DNA of 48,580 nucleotides, filler included, from Dimargaris cristalligena (Eukaryota): NCBI GenBank assembly GCA_003614675.1. It is 2 parts of 2 records of this genome, joined end to end, with 100 filler letters (N's around TTAATTAATTAA, not from the genome) between each part and the next. Parts side by side here need not be neighbours in the genome. Positions count along the whole stretch, not along the records: positions 24,362 to 48,580 come from ML002593.1; 1 more part is not named here. One strand, 5' to 3'. Shown piece by piece: positions 48,441 to 48,580 of this stretch (position 1 is its first letter; each line of letters starts with the position of its first letter). The notes under the pieces were generated by a model. It saw only the letters and a program-made list of their open reading frames with translations, ran no database searches and was not told where the DNA came from. The position numbers and the translations under genes were made by a program.

Positions 48441-48580
48441 CCATCTAATCCCCCTTAATCCGGGCACCTTAGTGCCCATCCCTATTAGGTCTTATAGTGC
48501 CATATTAACCTTCCCATAGTCACTGCCAGTACTATGGGATCATCCTATATTATATAACCCTTCCCCTTCTGGACTCTGCC
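48441..48580 (+). repeat. Dispersed repeat family B, copy running off the window end
   Basis: The last 100 nt match the reverse complement of 37597-37696 with 8 differences by hand count, mostly transitions. Confidence 0.85.

Overview
Eukaryotic, intron-containing fungal DNA. The gene set (Slo/BK-type channel, short animal-like Mia40, many orphan secreted proteins) suggests an early-diverging fungus, possibly a Dimargaris-like zoopagomycete; this is inference. Conserved genes: DHR1/ECM16 DEAH helicase (+), a Slo/BK-family channel with a non-canonical pore (-), REV3/Pol zeta (+, about 10 exons), importin beta-3 PSE1/KAP121 (-, apparent -1 frameshift), MIA40 (+) and acetoacetyl-CoA synthetase (+). 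Between them lie orphan secreted-protein genes, decayed CpG-poor repeats and at least 9 copies of a ~140-bp MITE (GGG...CCC termini, ATAT target duplication). Highlights: (1) a 77-aa prepropeptide predicted to release a 26-aa amphipathic helix-Pro-helix peptide resembling cytolytic or antimicrobial peptides; (2) a signal-peptide-bearing C2H2 zinc-finger gene interrupted by a MITE copy whose own GT/AG sites could splice it out in frame (introner-like); (3) a Slo-like channel lacking the GYG filter and the acidic Ca-bowl. An artificial N/TTAATTAATTAA linker at 24262-24361 joins two contigs, so adjacency across it is unproven.
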